A stretch of 64,000 nt of DNA from Malacoraja senta (Eukaryota): contig CM075993.1 of assembly GCA_038087875.1 (NCBI GenBank), positions 6,264,001 through 6,328,000 of the forward strand, read 5' to 3'. The position numbers and the translations under genes were made by a program. Positions 47,840-60,547 of this stretch are shown here, piece by piece (within the stretch, counting starts at the first letter, position 1; every line of letters begins with the position of its first letter). The notes beneath the pieces are model-generated. The model saw nothing but the letters and a program-made list of their open reading frames with translations. It was not told where the DNA came from and made no database searches.

Positions 47840-47895
47840 CTCAAAACCGTGATCACCAGATTCAAGAATAGCGTCTTCCCAACAACCACGGCGCT

Positions 47896-48170
47896 CACGG
47901 TGGCGCAGCGGTCGAGTTGCTCCCGTACAGCGCCTATACGTCGAGTTGATTGCATTGTCTGTACGGAGTTTGGACGTTCTCCCCGTGACCTGCGTGGGTT
48001 TTCTCCGAGATCTTCCGTTTCCTCCCACACTCCAAAGACGTTACAGGTTTGTAGGTTAATTAGCCTGGTGTATGTGTAAAATTGTCCCTGGTGTTAATGT
48101 GCGGGGATCGCTGGTCGGTGCGGACTCGGTGGGCCGAAGGGCCTGTTTCCGCGCTCTATCTCTAAACTAA
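47896..48170 (+). mobile_element. HE1-type V-SINE with altered head
   Basis: The B-box region is replaced by a 19-bp copy of nearby sequence. Confidence 0.82.
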
Positions 48171-48274
48171 ACCATCAGGCTATTGAAGACAACGCAATAT
48201 AAATTCAAGACTGCACCATGGGCAGCCTTCAGTTGCACTGACTTGCACTGGGATGTGAACTACCCAAGCGAAAT

Positions 48275-48668
48275 ATGAAGGTAGACAAAAATGGTGGAGA
48301 AACTCAGCAGGTGAGGCAGCATCGTTGGAGCGAAGGAAATAGGCGACGTTTCGGGTCGAGACCCTTCCTCGCCCTTCCTCCCTCAAGCGAAATATGAGGT
48401 GCTGCTCCTCCAATTTGCGGTGTTGCTCACTCTGGCCATGGAGGAGGCCCAGGACAGAGAGGTCGGATTCGGAACGGGAGGGGGAGTTGAAGTGCTGAGC
48501 CACCGGGAGATCAGGTTGGTTATTGCGGACCGAGCGGAGGTGTTGGGCGAAGCGATCGCCAAGCCTCCGCTTGGTCTCACCGATGTAGATCAGCTGACAT
48601 CTAGAGCAGCGGATGCAATAGATGAGGTTGGAGGAGGTGCAGGTGAACCTCTGCCCCACCTGGAAAGA
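48275..48668 (-). mobile_element. PLE 3' fragment (GIY-YIG end, deleted UTR, partial HHR terminus)
   Basis: QRFTCTSSNLIYCIRCSRCQLIYIGETKRRLGDRF...HLIFRL. Confidence 0.9.
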
Positions 48669-49227
48669 TGGTTAGCATGGTCTCAGCGGGCCGAAGAGCT
48701 TGTTTCCATGCTGTATCATTGAAAGTAAAAAAATGTTAATCCCACTTTATTTTCCGACATTCCCATCTACTCCCCACAGATTCTACCGCTGCCTACACAC
48801 TAGGGGGGCAATGGACAGAAGCTAATTAACCTACAAACCCACACGTCTGTGGGATGTGGGGGAGGAACCAGAGCAAACTCATGCGGTCACAGGGAGACAC
48901 GCAAACTCCACACGGACGGCACCCGAGATCAGGATCGAACCTGGATCACTGGATCTATCGTGCCCAATAATATCAAAGGTAGACAAAAATGCTGGAGAAA
49001 CTCAGCGGGTGAGGCAGCATCTATGGAGCGAAGGAAAAGGCAACGTTTCGGACCTGAAAGATAGGACAATGACATTCTTGCTTTGCTTCAGGTACGCTTG
49101 GTAAATGTGAAAATTGTCCCTAGTGTGTGTAGGATAGTGTTAATGTGCGGGGATCGCTGGTCGGCGCGGACCTGGTGGGCCAAACAGCCTGTTTCCACTC
49201 TGTATCTCTAAACTAAACTTTCTTCCA

Positions 49228-49261
49228 GTCTGAAGAAGGGTCTCGACCCGAAACGTTGCCT
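49228..49261 (+). ncRNA. Minimal type I hammerhead ribozyme motif
   Basis: CUGAAGA-A-GGGU(CUCG)ACCC-GAAACGUU-GC. Confidence 0.65.
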
Positions 49262-49472
49262 ATTTCCTTCGCCCCATAGATGCTGCCTCACCCGCTGAGT
49301 TTCTCCAGCATTTTCGTCGACCTTCGATTTTCCAGCATCTACAGTTCCTTCTTAAACCCAATAATATCAAGCCGGCTTGATCAGAGAAACGTGAAAAGAA
49401 TTTTCCTTGCAAATAAATAATAGACGACTTTTAATGTGAATTCAGCCAGACACGGTGATATTTTTTTTTCTG

Positions 49473-50042
49473 CCACACCTGGAGTATTGCGTACAGTTTT
49501 GGTCTCCAAATCTGAGGAAGGACATTATTGCCATAGAGGGAGTACAGAGAAGGTTCACCAGACTGATTCCTGGGATGTCAGGACTGTCTTATGAAGAAAG
49601 ACTGGATAGACTTGGCTTATACTCTCTAGAATTTAGGAGATTGAGAGGGGATCTTATAGAAACTTACAAAATTCTTAAGGGGTTGGACAGGCTAGATGCA
49701 GGAAGATTGCTCCCGATGTTGGGGAAGTCCAGGACAAGGGGTCACAGCTTAAGGATAAGGGGGAAATCCTTTAAAACCGAGATGAGAAGAACTTTTTTCA
49801 CACAGAGAGTGGTGAATCTCTGGAACTCTCTGCCACAGAGGGTAGTCGAGGCCAGTTCATTGGCTATATTTAAGAGGGAGCTAGATGTGGCCCTTGTGGC
49901 TAAAGGGATCAGAGGGTATGGAGAGAAGGCAGGTACGGGATACTGAGTTGGATGATCAGCCATGATCATATTGAATGGCGGTGCAGGCTCGAAGGGCCGA
50001 ATGGCCTACTCCTGCACCTAATTTCTATGTTTCTATGTTTCT
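49473..50042 (+). mobile_element. CR1 LINE 3' fragment
   Basis: PHLEYCVQFWSPNLRKDIIAIEGVQRR. Confidence 0.92.
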
Positions 50043-50545
50043 AAAAGGTACTGAGTGCAAAGAGGAAAAAATACCAGAGTGCAGAATATAGTCTCACAGT
50101 GTGATATGAAGTTGAGCTCTAAAGACATTTCCACAGGGCAAGCAGACGACGCACAGTAACACAGGAAGCAGACACGGGAGTAGATCGCGGAGATGCGCAG
50201 AGTCTCTCGCCCAGAGTAGGTGAATCGAGGACCAGAGGACATAGGTTTAAGGTGAAGGGGAAAAGATTTAGTCGGAACCACAGGCCAGATACACTTCTTC
50301 TACGTGAAATGCTTCGTAAAAGGACAATTACACCCTTGTCTGGTTGCATTTGCCAGCGAGAATGAATGCTATCTCTCGAGTCCAGCAAATACCAGCCGTA
50401 AATACGTGACCAATTCCCCCTGACACAGAACAGAACTGAAATAGACCTCCAGCTGAAGCCACCACCAAACGGTGAAAAACTGTTCCGTTTAGTTTGTTGT
50501 CTCGCGTGCCCGCTCGCTAACCGGTCAGCGGAAAGACAATACGTG

Positions 50546-50938
50546 TAGACAATAGACAATAGACAATAGACAATAGACAATAGACATTAGACAATAGGTG
50601 CACGAGTAGGCCATACTGCCCTTCGAGCCAGCACCGCCATTCATTGTGATCAATGCTGATCATCCCCAATCAGTACCCCGTTCCTGCCTTCTCCCCATAT
50701 CCCCTGACTCCGCTAACTTCAAGAGCCCTATCTAGCTCTCTCTTCAAAGTATCCAGAGAACCGGCCTCCACCGCCCTCTGAGGCAGAGAATTCCACAGAC
50801 TCACAACTCTCTGTGTGAAAAAGTGTTTCCTCGTCTCCGTTCTAAATTGCTTACCCCTTATTCTTAAACTGTGGCCCCTGGTTCTGGACTCCCCCATCAT
50901 CGGGAACACGTTTCCTGCCCCTAGCGTGTCCAAACCCT
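50546..50938 (-). mobile_element. CR1 LINE 3' fragment with long (CTATTGT)n tail
   Basis: KGLDTL..SRTRGHSLRIRG...GEKAGTGY. Confidence 0.9.
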
Positions 50939-52282
50939 TCCTCCTACACTCCAAAGACGTACAGGCTTGTAGGTCAAATGGCTTGGTATGAATCTAAAAT
51001 GTTCCCTAGTGTTTGTGTAGGGTAGCGTTAATGTGCGGGGATCGCTGGTCGGTGTGGACTCGGTGGGCCGAAGGGCCTGTTCCCGTGCTGTACCTGTAAA
51101 CTAAACTAAACTGTGTAAGTCCAGGTGGGAGCATTGGGGAAGTAGTGAAAAATGCACGCACCCTCTAGTAGAGCAAACTGCCTGCCATTTCTGCTGAATG
51201 CTGCACTTCTCAGGAGCTCAGGAGAGGTTCCTGCCCTGTGATGTGTTTGTGGAAAGTTGCCGCGAGTTTGCTGGTAATCCCTAATTGCTCTGACTTGTCC
51301 GTGAGCCAGATGGCACCATGTGTGTCCGTTTTGGAAGATAACTACTCTGAGAGAATAAAAGACTCCCAGCTGACCCCAACTCCAGTCAGTAATGAGGCAG
51401 CATCTCGGCCGCACTACCACTGATCCTTGGCCCTGGGCTGAGGTTCCCACGCCACTTAACCCCAGCCAGTGAGGACCCCTTGGCTTGTCATGCAGCCACA
51501 TAGGCGTACAGCACAGACACAGGCCCTTCGGCCCATCCCATCCCATCCATGCTGACCATTGAGTACCGATTTTTACTAGAGCCAAGAGCGTTTAATTAAA
51601 GTCATAGAATCATAAGGGATTGGGTGGTGGGTTTATGGAATGAGCTGCCAGAGGAGGAGGTTGAGACAGGTACTGTCCCAACATTTAAACAACTTTTGGA
51701 CAGGTGCATGGATAGGAAAGATTTTGGGCCAAACACAGGTAGGTGGAACTAGTGGAGACAGGGCATCTTGGTTGGCATGGGCAAGTTGGGCCGAAGGGCC
51801 TGGTTCCATGCTGTTTGACTCTTTGACTATAACACTGAAGTGGGTGATCGATGGTTGGCATGGACTCGATGGGCTGAAGGGCCTGTTTCCCTGCTGTATC
51901 TCTGAGCAAATAAACAAATGTTAATTACTATACGATGGGACTGCTCGAGTTGAATGTAACTTAATCCTGGAGCGGTCCTGAACTACTATCTACCTCATTG
52001 GTGACCCTCGGACTATCTTTCATCGGACTTTACTGGCTTTACCTTGCACTAAACGTTATTCCCTTATCATGTATCTGTACACTGTGAATGGCTCGATTGT
52101 AATCATGTATTGTCTTTCCGCTGACTGGTTAGCACGCAACAAAAGCTTTTCACTGCACCTCGGTCCACGTGGCAATAAACTAAACTAATTAATCTTGGGA
52201 TGTAAAAGATGGCAAATAGGAATCTGACGTGGGCCTCAGACAATGCTGGGCACTGACTTTAAAATGCAAAGAGTTTGCATTG

Positions 52283-52680
52283 AAAATAGGTGCAGGAGTA
52301 GGCCATTCGGCCCCTCGAGCCAGCACTGCCATTCAATGTGATCATGGCTGATCATCCCCAATCAGTACCCCGTTCCTGCCTTCTCCCCATATCCCTTGAT
52401 TCCGCTAGCCCTAAGAGCTCTATCTAACTCTTTTGAATGCATCCAGTGAATTGGCCTCCACTGCCTTCTGTGGCAGAGAATTCCACAAATTTACAGCTCT
52501 CTGGGTGAAAATGTTTTTCCTCATCTCCGTTCTAAATGGCCTACCCCTTATTCATAAACTGTGGCCCCTGGTTCTGGACTCCCCCAACATCGGGAACATG
52601 TTTCCTGATCTAGCGTGTCCAAACCCTTAATCATTTTATATATTTCTATAAGAAACCTTCTCATCCTTCTAAACTCCAGT
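52283..52680 (-). mobile_element. CR1 LINE 3' fragment
   Basis: Reverse complement of the CR1 ORF2 end and UTR. Confidence 0.88.
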
Positions 52681-52747
52681 CAGACAAAGAAAGCCTCATT
52701 AACCTACACTGAGCAGATAAAGAGATATCGGAGCCATGAGCGACTTG

Positions 52748-53720
52748 TGTCGGAAGGAACTGCAGATGCTGGTTTACACCGAAGATAGGTACAAAATGCT
52801 GGAGTAACTCAGCGAGACAGGCAGCATCTCTCTCTCTCGAGAGGGAATGGGCGACGTTTCCAGTTGAGACCCTTCTTCAGACTCGTTAGGGATAAGGGAA
52901 ACGAGAGATATAGACGGTGATGTGGAGAGATAAAGAACAATGAATGAAAGATATGCAAAAATGTAACGATGATAAACGAAACAGGCCGTTGTTAGATGTT
53001 TGTTGGGTGAAAACGAGAAGCTGGTGCGACTTGGGTGGGGGAGGGATAGAGAGAGAGGGAATGCCGGGGCTACCTGAAGTGAGAGACATCAATTGTCATA
53101 CCACTGGGCTGTAAGCTGCCCAAGCAAAATATGAGATGCTGTTCTCATTAGAGGGAGTACAGAGAAGGTTCACCAGACTGATTCCTGGGATGGCAGGACT
53201 TTCATATGAAGAAAGACTGGATAGACTCGGCTTGTACTCGCTAGAATTTAGAAGATTGAGGGGGGATCTTATAGAAACTTACAAAATTCTTAAGGGGTTG
53301 GACAGGCTAGATGCAGGAAGATTGTTCCCGATGTTGGGGAAGTCCAGGACAAGGGGTCACAGTTTAAGGATTAAGGGGAAATCCTTTAGGACCGAGATGA
53401 GAAAAACATTTTTCACACAGAGAGTGGTGAATCTCTGGAACTCTCTGCCACAGAGGGTAGTTGAGGCCAGTTCATTGGCTATATTTAAGAGGGAGTTAGA
53501 TGTGGCCCTTGTGGCTAAAGGGATCAGGGGGTATGGAGAGAAGGCAGGTACAGGATACTGAGTTGGATGATCAGCCATGATCACATTGAATGGCGGTGCA
53601 GGCTCAAAGGGCCGAATGGCCTACTCCTGCACCTATTGTCTATGTTTCTATGTTCCTCCAATTTGTGTTTAGCTTCACTCTGACACTGGAGGAGACCTAG
53701 GACAGAAAGGTTTGTGTGGA
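52748..53720 (-). mobile_element. PLE 3' end interrupted by a CR1 (53148-53655)
   Basis: Terminus, UTR and ORF-end sequence resume after the CR1 tail. Confidence 0.75.
53148..53655 (+). mobile_element. CR1 LINE 3' fragment inserted in a PLE
   Basis: EGVQRRFTRLIPGMAGLSYEERLD. Confidence 0.92.
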
Positions 53721-53890
53721 TCAAAGCATACCACGATAATGAAATGTAGAATGGTTCATTGTTAGCTGAGAGGAAGGTGACAACATGGCATACAATCAGT
53801 AAAATTTAATCAGTTCAGTAGAACTAGTCGGAGAACAAGGATGGGGGAGGGACTGAGAGAGAGAGAGAGGGAAAGCAAGGGTTACTTGAA

Positions 53891-53924
53891 GTCTGAAGAA
53901 GGGTCTCGACCCGAAACGTCACCC
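53891..53924 (+). ncRNA. Minimal type I hammerhead ribozyme motif
   Basis: GU-CUGAAGA-A-GGGU(CUCG)ACCC-GAAACGUC-AC. Confidence 0.7.
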
Positions 53925-54430
53925 ATTCCTTCTCTCCAGAGATGCCGCCTGTCCCGCTGAGTTACTCCAGCATTTTCTGTCCATCTTCGGAGTAAACCAG
54001 CATCTGCAGTTCCTTCCTACACAACACCGGCCCTGAAATCTGAAGGTAGACACAAAATGCTGGAGTAACTCAGCGGGACAGGCAGCATCTCTGGAGAGAA
54101 GGAATGGGTGACGTTTCGGTTCCAGAGCCCTCTTTAAGAGAAAAGTACTTCAGGTTGAACAGTTTACACCTTGGGCCTTGCTCACCCAGGGCAGATATTT
54201 CTCACCTCTAGGCGTGAAGTTTGGACAAGCTGCGTCCTTCACCACCTTTCCAAATACCTGGCGGCTTTGTGTCTGCCAGTCCCTCCGCATAACGCACATG
54301 TGCCTGAGCCCAACGGATATAACACCTTTTACAGAGGCTTAGGGAATGTGGGAAGGTCAAAGACAGACACACAGCGGCTCAAACAATATTTAGAGATCGT
54401 CTTTGAAAATACAATTAAAGTTCACTGATG

Positions 54431-54894
54431 CTGTACCCCAGTGTTATACAGACAGACCCGTTCCCACCAGTACTGTACCCCAGTGTTATACAGACAGACC
54501 CATCCCCACCAGTACTGTACCCCAGTGTTACACAGACAGACCCGTTCCCACCAGTACTGTACCCCAGTGTTATACAGACAGAACTGCCCCACCGGTACTG
54601 TACCCCAGTGTTATACAGACAGACCCGTCCCCACCAGTACTGTACCCCAGTGTTATACAGACAGAACTGCCCACCGGTACTGTACCCCAGTGTTATACAG
54701 ACAGACCCGTTCCCACCAGTACTGTACCCCAGTGTTATACAGACAGAACTGCCCCACCAGTACTGTACCCCAGTGTTATACAGACAGACCCGTTCCCACC
54801 GGTACTGTACCCCAGTGTTACAGAGACAGACCTGTCCCCACCGGTACTGTACCCCAGTGTTACACAGACCCGTTCCCACCGGTACTGTACCCCA
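54431..54894. repeat. ~40-42-bp minisatellite, ~11 units (CTGTACCCCAGTGTTATACAGACAGACCCGTTCCCACCAGTA)
   Basis: Direct inspection. Confidence 0.96.
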
Positions 54895-54983
54895 AATAAA
54901 TTTGAACTTGAACTTCTAATACTAATAATAATAATACTAATAATAAACCAGAACCTAAGGCTAAACCAAAGTTTCTGTATCTG

Positions 54984-55272
54984 GGGCAGCACGGTGGCGC
55001 AGCGGGTAGAATTGCTGCCTCATAGTGCCGGAGACCCGGGTTCGATCCCAACTACGGGCGCCGTCTGCACGGAGTATTACCTTCTCCCCGTGACCTGTGT
55101 GGGTTTTCTTCGAGATCTTCGCATTCCTCCCACGCCCACAGGTAACTGGCTCGGTGAAAATGTATAATCGTCCCTCGTTTGTGTAGGATAGTGTTTAGTG
55201 GACGGGGATCGCTGGTCGGCGCGGTCACGGACCCGGTGGGCCGAAGGGGCCTGTTTCCGCTCTGTATCTCCA
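54984..55272 (+). mobile_element. HE1-type V-SINE
   Basis: Head, V domain and tail. Confidence 0.83.
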
Positions 55273-56338
55273 AAACTGGTTGGGGTATGCTTGTAGCCAG
55301 GGTGCAGGCCCTCAGATTATGGATATTATGCATCTTGTTCACTGTCCTTTGAAGCTTTTCTTTCGACTATCCATGTCAAGGTCCATTGAAGTACCAATTT
55401 ACAATGGGAACAGTGTTAAAGAAGGAACTGCAGATGCTGGAAAATCGAAGGTACACAAAAATGCTGGAGAAACTCAGCGGGTGCAGCAGCATCTATGGAG
55501 CGAAGGAAATAGGCAACTTTCGGGACGAAACCCTGAAGGAAATAGGCAACGTTTCGGGACGAAACCCGGAAGGTTTCGGCCCGAAACGTTGCCTATTTCC
55601 TTCGCTCCATAGATGCTGCTGCACCCGCTGAGTTTCTCCAGCATTTTTGTGTACCTACAATGGGTCTGAAGAAGGGTTTCGGCCCGAAAAACGTTGCCTA
55701 TTTCCTTCGCTCCATAGATGCTGCTGCACCCGCTGAGTTTCTCCAGCATTTTTGTGTACCTACAATGGGAATACCCTTGTTGACACGACACCTCCGAATG
55801 GTCATGCTGGTTTGCTGGGTGAGTATTCAGAGGTGTCTTGCCAACTAGTGCGTTCCCATTGTAAATAAGGAATACAATGGACCTTTTTGTCCGAATGAAA
55901 AAAATAGAAGCAAGCAATATCTTTGTAGCTATTGAATTGATTTGAATCACCTGCTGTTAGCTTTTGTTTCTAAGGGTAAGAAATCTGGATGTGTTTTGAG
56001 TTTGGGGAGCATCTATTGAGAGGGTCTCTGAGGCTATGCCTGGTTGTTATGCTAAGTAAAGACCTCTTGCTTCTGTCAGCGACGATCACAGGAGATGATG
56101 GCACGGTGGCGCAGCGGTAGAGTTGCTGCCTTACAGCGCCAGAGACCCCGGTTCGATCCTGACTACAGGTGTTGTCGGCACAGAGATAGGCAGATTCTTG
56201 ATTAGTACGGGCATCAGAGGTTATGGGGAGAAGGCAGGAGAATGTGGTTAGGAGAGAGATAGATCAGCCATGATTGAATGGCGGAGTAGACTTGATGGGC
56301 CGAATGGCCTAATTCTGCTCCTATTCTTTGTGACCTTA

Positions 56339-56570
56339 AGCCCCTGTCCCACTTTCACGACCTATTTGACATGGTCGCCACGAGGTCGTAGGAGGTCTTC
56401 GTAACTCGTAACTCGTCCTCGTGCCCGTGAGTGGTCTCCGCGTACTCGTGGCCCCAAGTAGGTCGCGGTGTTTTTTCCAGCCTGATAAAAAATGTCCACG
56501 AGTTTAAAAAAAGTCGGCATGGAAAAAATGGACACTTTTTACTCGTAGGTAGGTCATAGTAGGTCGCGAT
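56339..56570. mobile_element. Harbinger-type MITE family A, one end only
   Basis: Matches 3199-3450 with an internal deletion. Confidence 0.75.
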
Positions 56571-57216
56571 GCGGGTGAGGTGAAAGGTCGTGTGCCACCG
56601 ACCCCGCCTCCTTCGTGGTTAGATCTCTCGGGAAGGTCGACGGTCACTTGATGGTTGAGCGGGACCCAGACTGTGCTGTGATGCTCCTCTCCCTCTTCCC
56701 CATCAGGACCGGGCGGGCTTGTCTGTTTACACTCGTATATCGCGTTGCAGTCAGTCCCCCCGAGTTTGTAACGTATCTGCCTGCGATCTCACACTGGAAT
56801 GTCCCCCGAGGTTACACAAAACATTCTTGGTCGCTGCTTGCCTCTGGAGTCACCCACAGATAATATCATCATGGCTGATCATCCAAAATCAGTCGCCCAT
56901 TCCTGCTTTCTCCCCATATCCCTTGATTCCGTTAGCCCTGAGGGCTAAATCTAACCCTCTCTTGTAAACATCCAGTGAATCGGCCTCCACTGCCTTCTGT
57001 GGCAGTGAATTCCACAGTTTCACAACTCTCTGGGTGAAAAGGTTTTTCCTCATCTCAGTCCTGAATGGCCGACCCCTTATTCTTAAACTTTGACCCCTGG
57101 TTCTGGACTCCCCCCAACATGGGGAACATTTTTCCTGCCGAAGTTGGGCCAAAGGGCCTGTTTCCGTGCTGTACGACTCTATGACTTGTCCTGAGATGGA
57201 TGTCGTGGCTTCAAGT

Positions 57217-57523
57217 GGCAGCAGCGGTAGAGTTGCTGCCTCACAGCGCCAGAGACCCGGGTTCGATCCTGACCACGGGTTGCTGTCTGTACGGAGTTTG
57301 CACCTTCTCCCCGTGACCTGCGAGGGTTTTCTCCAGGTGCTCCGGTTTCCTCCCACACTCCAAAGACGTGCAGGTTTGCAGGCTGATTGGCTTGGTATCA
57401 TTGTTAATTGTCCCTAGTGTGTGTGTGTGTGTGGGGTAGTGTTAATGTGCGGGGATCGCTGGTCGGCGCGGACGCAGTGGGCCGAAGGGCCTATTTCCGC
57501 GCCGTATCTCGAAACTAAACTAA
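57217..57523 (+). mobile_element. HE1-type V-SINE
   Basis: Head, V domain and tail. Confidence 0.87.
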
Positions 57524-57970
57524 GTTGTGTAGCCCCCGCCGGGAGCTCTGTGTGTGATGCTCGATCGCTCCTGTGATACAGTGAGGTTTGTTTTGTTATG
57601 AGTTTGAATGAGCCTCTTGGAGACGACAGATAGAGATGTACTCACTCTATACTCAGTACTAGCAGCCACTCAGGAGAAATCTGGTGGGGGAAACTCACGG
57701 TGGAATCTTACTGAACTAAAAACACCTTGAACATTTCTATTCTTTCAGAAGCAAGATAACAGCAGGCGGTTAAATACAATGTCTGTATTTACAATTAGTT
57801 CGTTTACTTCAATACTTTGGGTTTAGACAAATAGTTCCATAGAATTACATCTGGGAGTACATTTCAAGTGACAAGACCAACTCTGAATATTCAAACATCT
57901 TTGATAGGAAAACAGAGCTTTAATCTATAGTGTATCAGAGAATAAGGTGATGTGTAAGAAGGAACTGCAG

Positions 57971-58425
57971 ATAGAAACATAGAAACATAGAAAATAGTGC
58001 AGGAGTAGGCCATTCGGCCCATCGAGCCAACACTGCCAATTAAAATATGATCATGGCTGATCATCCAAAATCTGTACCCCGTTCCTGCTTTTTCCCCATA
58101 TCCCTTGATTCCTTTAGCCCTAAGAGCTAAATCTAACTCTCTCTTGAAAACATCCAGTGAATTGGCCTCCACTGCCTTCTGTGGCAGAGAATTCCACAGA
58201 TTCACAACTCTCTGGGTGAAAAGTATTTTCCTCATCTCAGTCCTAAATGGCCCACCCCTTATTCTTAAACAGCGACCCCCTGTTTCTGGACTCCCCCCAA
58301 CATCGGGAACATTTTTCCTGCATCTAGCCTGTCCAATCCCCTAAGAATTGTATATGTTTCTATAAGATCCACTCTCGTCCTTCTAAATTCAAGCGAATAC
58401 AATTCTGGGCGAATACAAGCCCAGT
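57971..58425 (-). mobile_element. CR1 LINE 3' fragment
   Basis: LYSLEFRRTRVDLIETY...FTQRVVNLWNSLP. Confidence 0.88.
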
Positions 58426-60329
58426 CGATCCGCTCTTTCTGGTTTAAACCGAAGATAGACACAAAAAGCTGGAGTAACTCAGCGGGACAGGCAGCATCTC
58501 TGGAGAGAAGGAATGGGTGACGTTTTGGGTCAGACCAAGGTAACATATTCAGTATAAAATGGTATGTGTGCTTAGCCCTTGATTTAATCTAAGAATAGAA
58601 ACATAGAAACATAGAATATAGCTATAGAAGGAGCCAGCACCGCTATTCAATATGATCATGGCTGATCATCCATAATCAGTAGCCCGTACCTGCCTTCTCC
58701 CCATATCCCTTGATTCCGCTAGCCCTAGAGCTCTATCTAACTCTCTTTTAAATTCATCCAGTGATTTGGCTTCTACTCCCTTCTGCGGCAGAGAATTCCA
58801 CAAATTCACAACCCAAAGTTGGCAGAGTCAGGGGATATGGGGAGAAGGCAGGAACGGGGTACTGATTGGGGATGATCAGCCATGATCACATTGAATGACG
58901 GTGCTGGCTCGAAGGGCTGAATGGCCTACTCTTGCAACTATTGTCTATTGTCTCTGGACAGCATTCAGGCCAAGGAAATGACTACAATATCTCCGAAAAG
59001 CCGTGGATTTTAGTGTTCAATGGAGATAGTGTCCGTGACTAAACTCAATGGGAAATTGTCTGACGAGGTATGCAGGAAAGACAGCTACTTTAATTATGAT
59101 TAACTTAGAGACAGTGTGGAAATGGGACCTTCGGCCCACCGAGTTCACGCTGACCATCGATCATCCGTACACTCGTTCTATCCTACACACTAGGGACAAT
59201 TTACAGAAATTACGCTTCCAACCCGCACGTCTTTGGAATATGGGAGGAAACCGGAGAAAACCGCATGCGGGTCACGGGGAGGAGACCGTACAAACTCCGT
59301 ACAGACAGCTCCCGAGGTCAGGATCGAACCCGGGTCTCTGGCGCTGTGAGGCAGCAACTCTACCGCTGTGCCACCGTGCCGGTTGAAACATACTACGTTC
59401 CCTGAAATTATACTTCATAAACATTTTTAAAAGTAAGCAAATTCAAAAGCGCGTTTTTTTTCATAAATAAAGTAACGTCTGAGTTGACATGTGTAAAATC
59501 TGCCATCACAACACCACCAAATTGCTGAGCGATCTGGATCAATATTCTATACTGTATCAGTGAGCAATGAAACACATCCAGTATAAAATGACACACACCT
59601 GCTTAGCAATATAGCTCTTGATTTATGCTGCTTAGAATATACAGGCCATGGAAATGACTACAATATCTCCAAAAGGCTTCAGTGTTCATTGTAGATTTTC
59701 ATGACTAAAATCAACAGACAAATGTCTGAAGAGTTATGATGGAAAGACAAGTGAAAGAGCAGATCGGCTCTGATTTCCATTGAATTGTAGAACAGAGGAA
59801 GCGATCGCGCCAGTCCTGCCTTGGTGCAGATAACGATATATTTTTTAAACGTGCGAGCGTGAGGCTGATTGTGATCGTACACTCACTTCAAAGCTTTATT
59901 CGTCATTCATTGGTGTTTGTAGCTCGTTTTTCTGAGCTGGAATAGGAGATTCACGGAACCCTTGATACAAGAGGTACAAGAGACTGTGGTTTACTCAGCG
60001 GGTCAGGCAGCATCTCTGGAGAACATGGATAGGCCATGTTTGGGGACTGAGGAAGAGTCCCGACCCGAAGCGTCACCGCTCCATGCTCTCCAGAGACGGA
60101 GACAAAAAGCTGGAGTAACTCGGCATCTTTTCCCGAGATGCTGCCTGACCCGCTGGGTTACTCCAGCAATCTGTGTCTTGTTTTGCTGTTTATAGGCTCT
60201 TTAGACTTTAGAGATACAGCGTGGAAACAGGCCCTTCGGCCCACCAAGACCGTGCCGACCAGCAATACACTAGCACTATTGTATACTAGTATCATGATAC
60301 ATAAGCACTTAGATACATCTTAGATAAGG

Positions 60330-60547
60330 TTCGTGTTCGTTTTCTAGGTCTGCACAAAATTTGAGAGTCTTTGGTCTACAACAGAAGTCTTTAATGTTCC
60401 ACTCAATGCTGGCAGCAAGACTAGTCACAATGGCTACCCGCAGGATCAACTATATACAAAACATCTCCCTTTGCCCTATGCAGCGCCACCTGCTGCACGG
60501 GGGGAGCAACGAGTCCTCCCACCCCACACAGTCCACCAAATATCACA
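60330..60547 (-). mobile_element. Probable solo LTR (copy 2)
   Basis: Homologous to 9439-9670; similarity begins at the same TGT. Confidence 0.55.

Larger units (their letters stand above)
47418..47887 (+). mobile_element. Rex1/Babar LINE ORF C-terminal fragment, split by the HDV element
   Basis: LLNFYRRAVESVLTGFITACFGN..RLQRVV; PSGRRYRSLKT | VITRFKNSVFP. Confidence 0.8.

Noticed and set aside
54403..55167. 254-aa repetitive ORF and a CRISPR-like appearance
   Set aside because: Minisatellite plus SINE; there are no unique spacers, no cas genes, and the DNA is eukaryotic.
56585..56860. CpG-rich unique segment inspected for structured RNA or coding potential
   Set aside because: I could not identify a ribozyme core, convincing stem pattern or known peptide.
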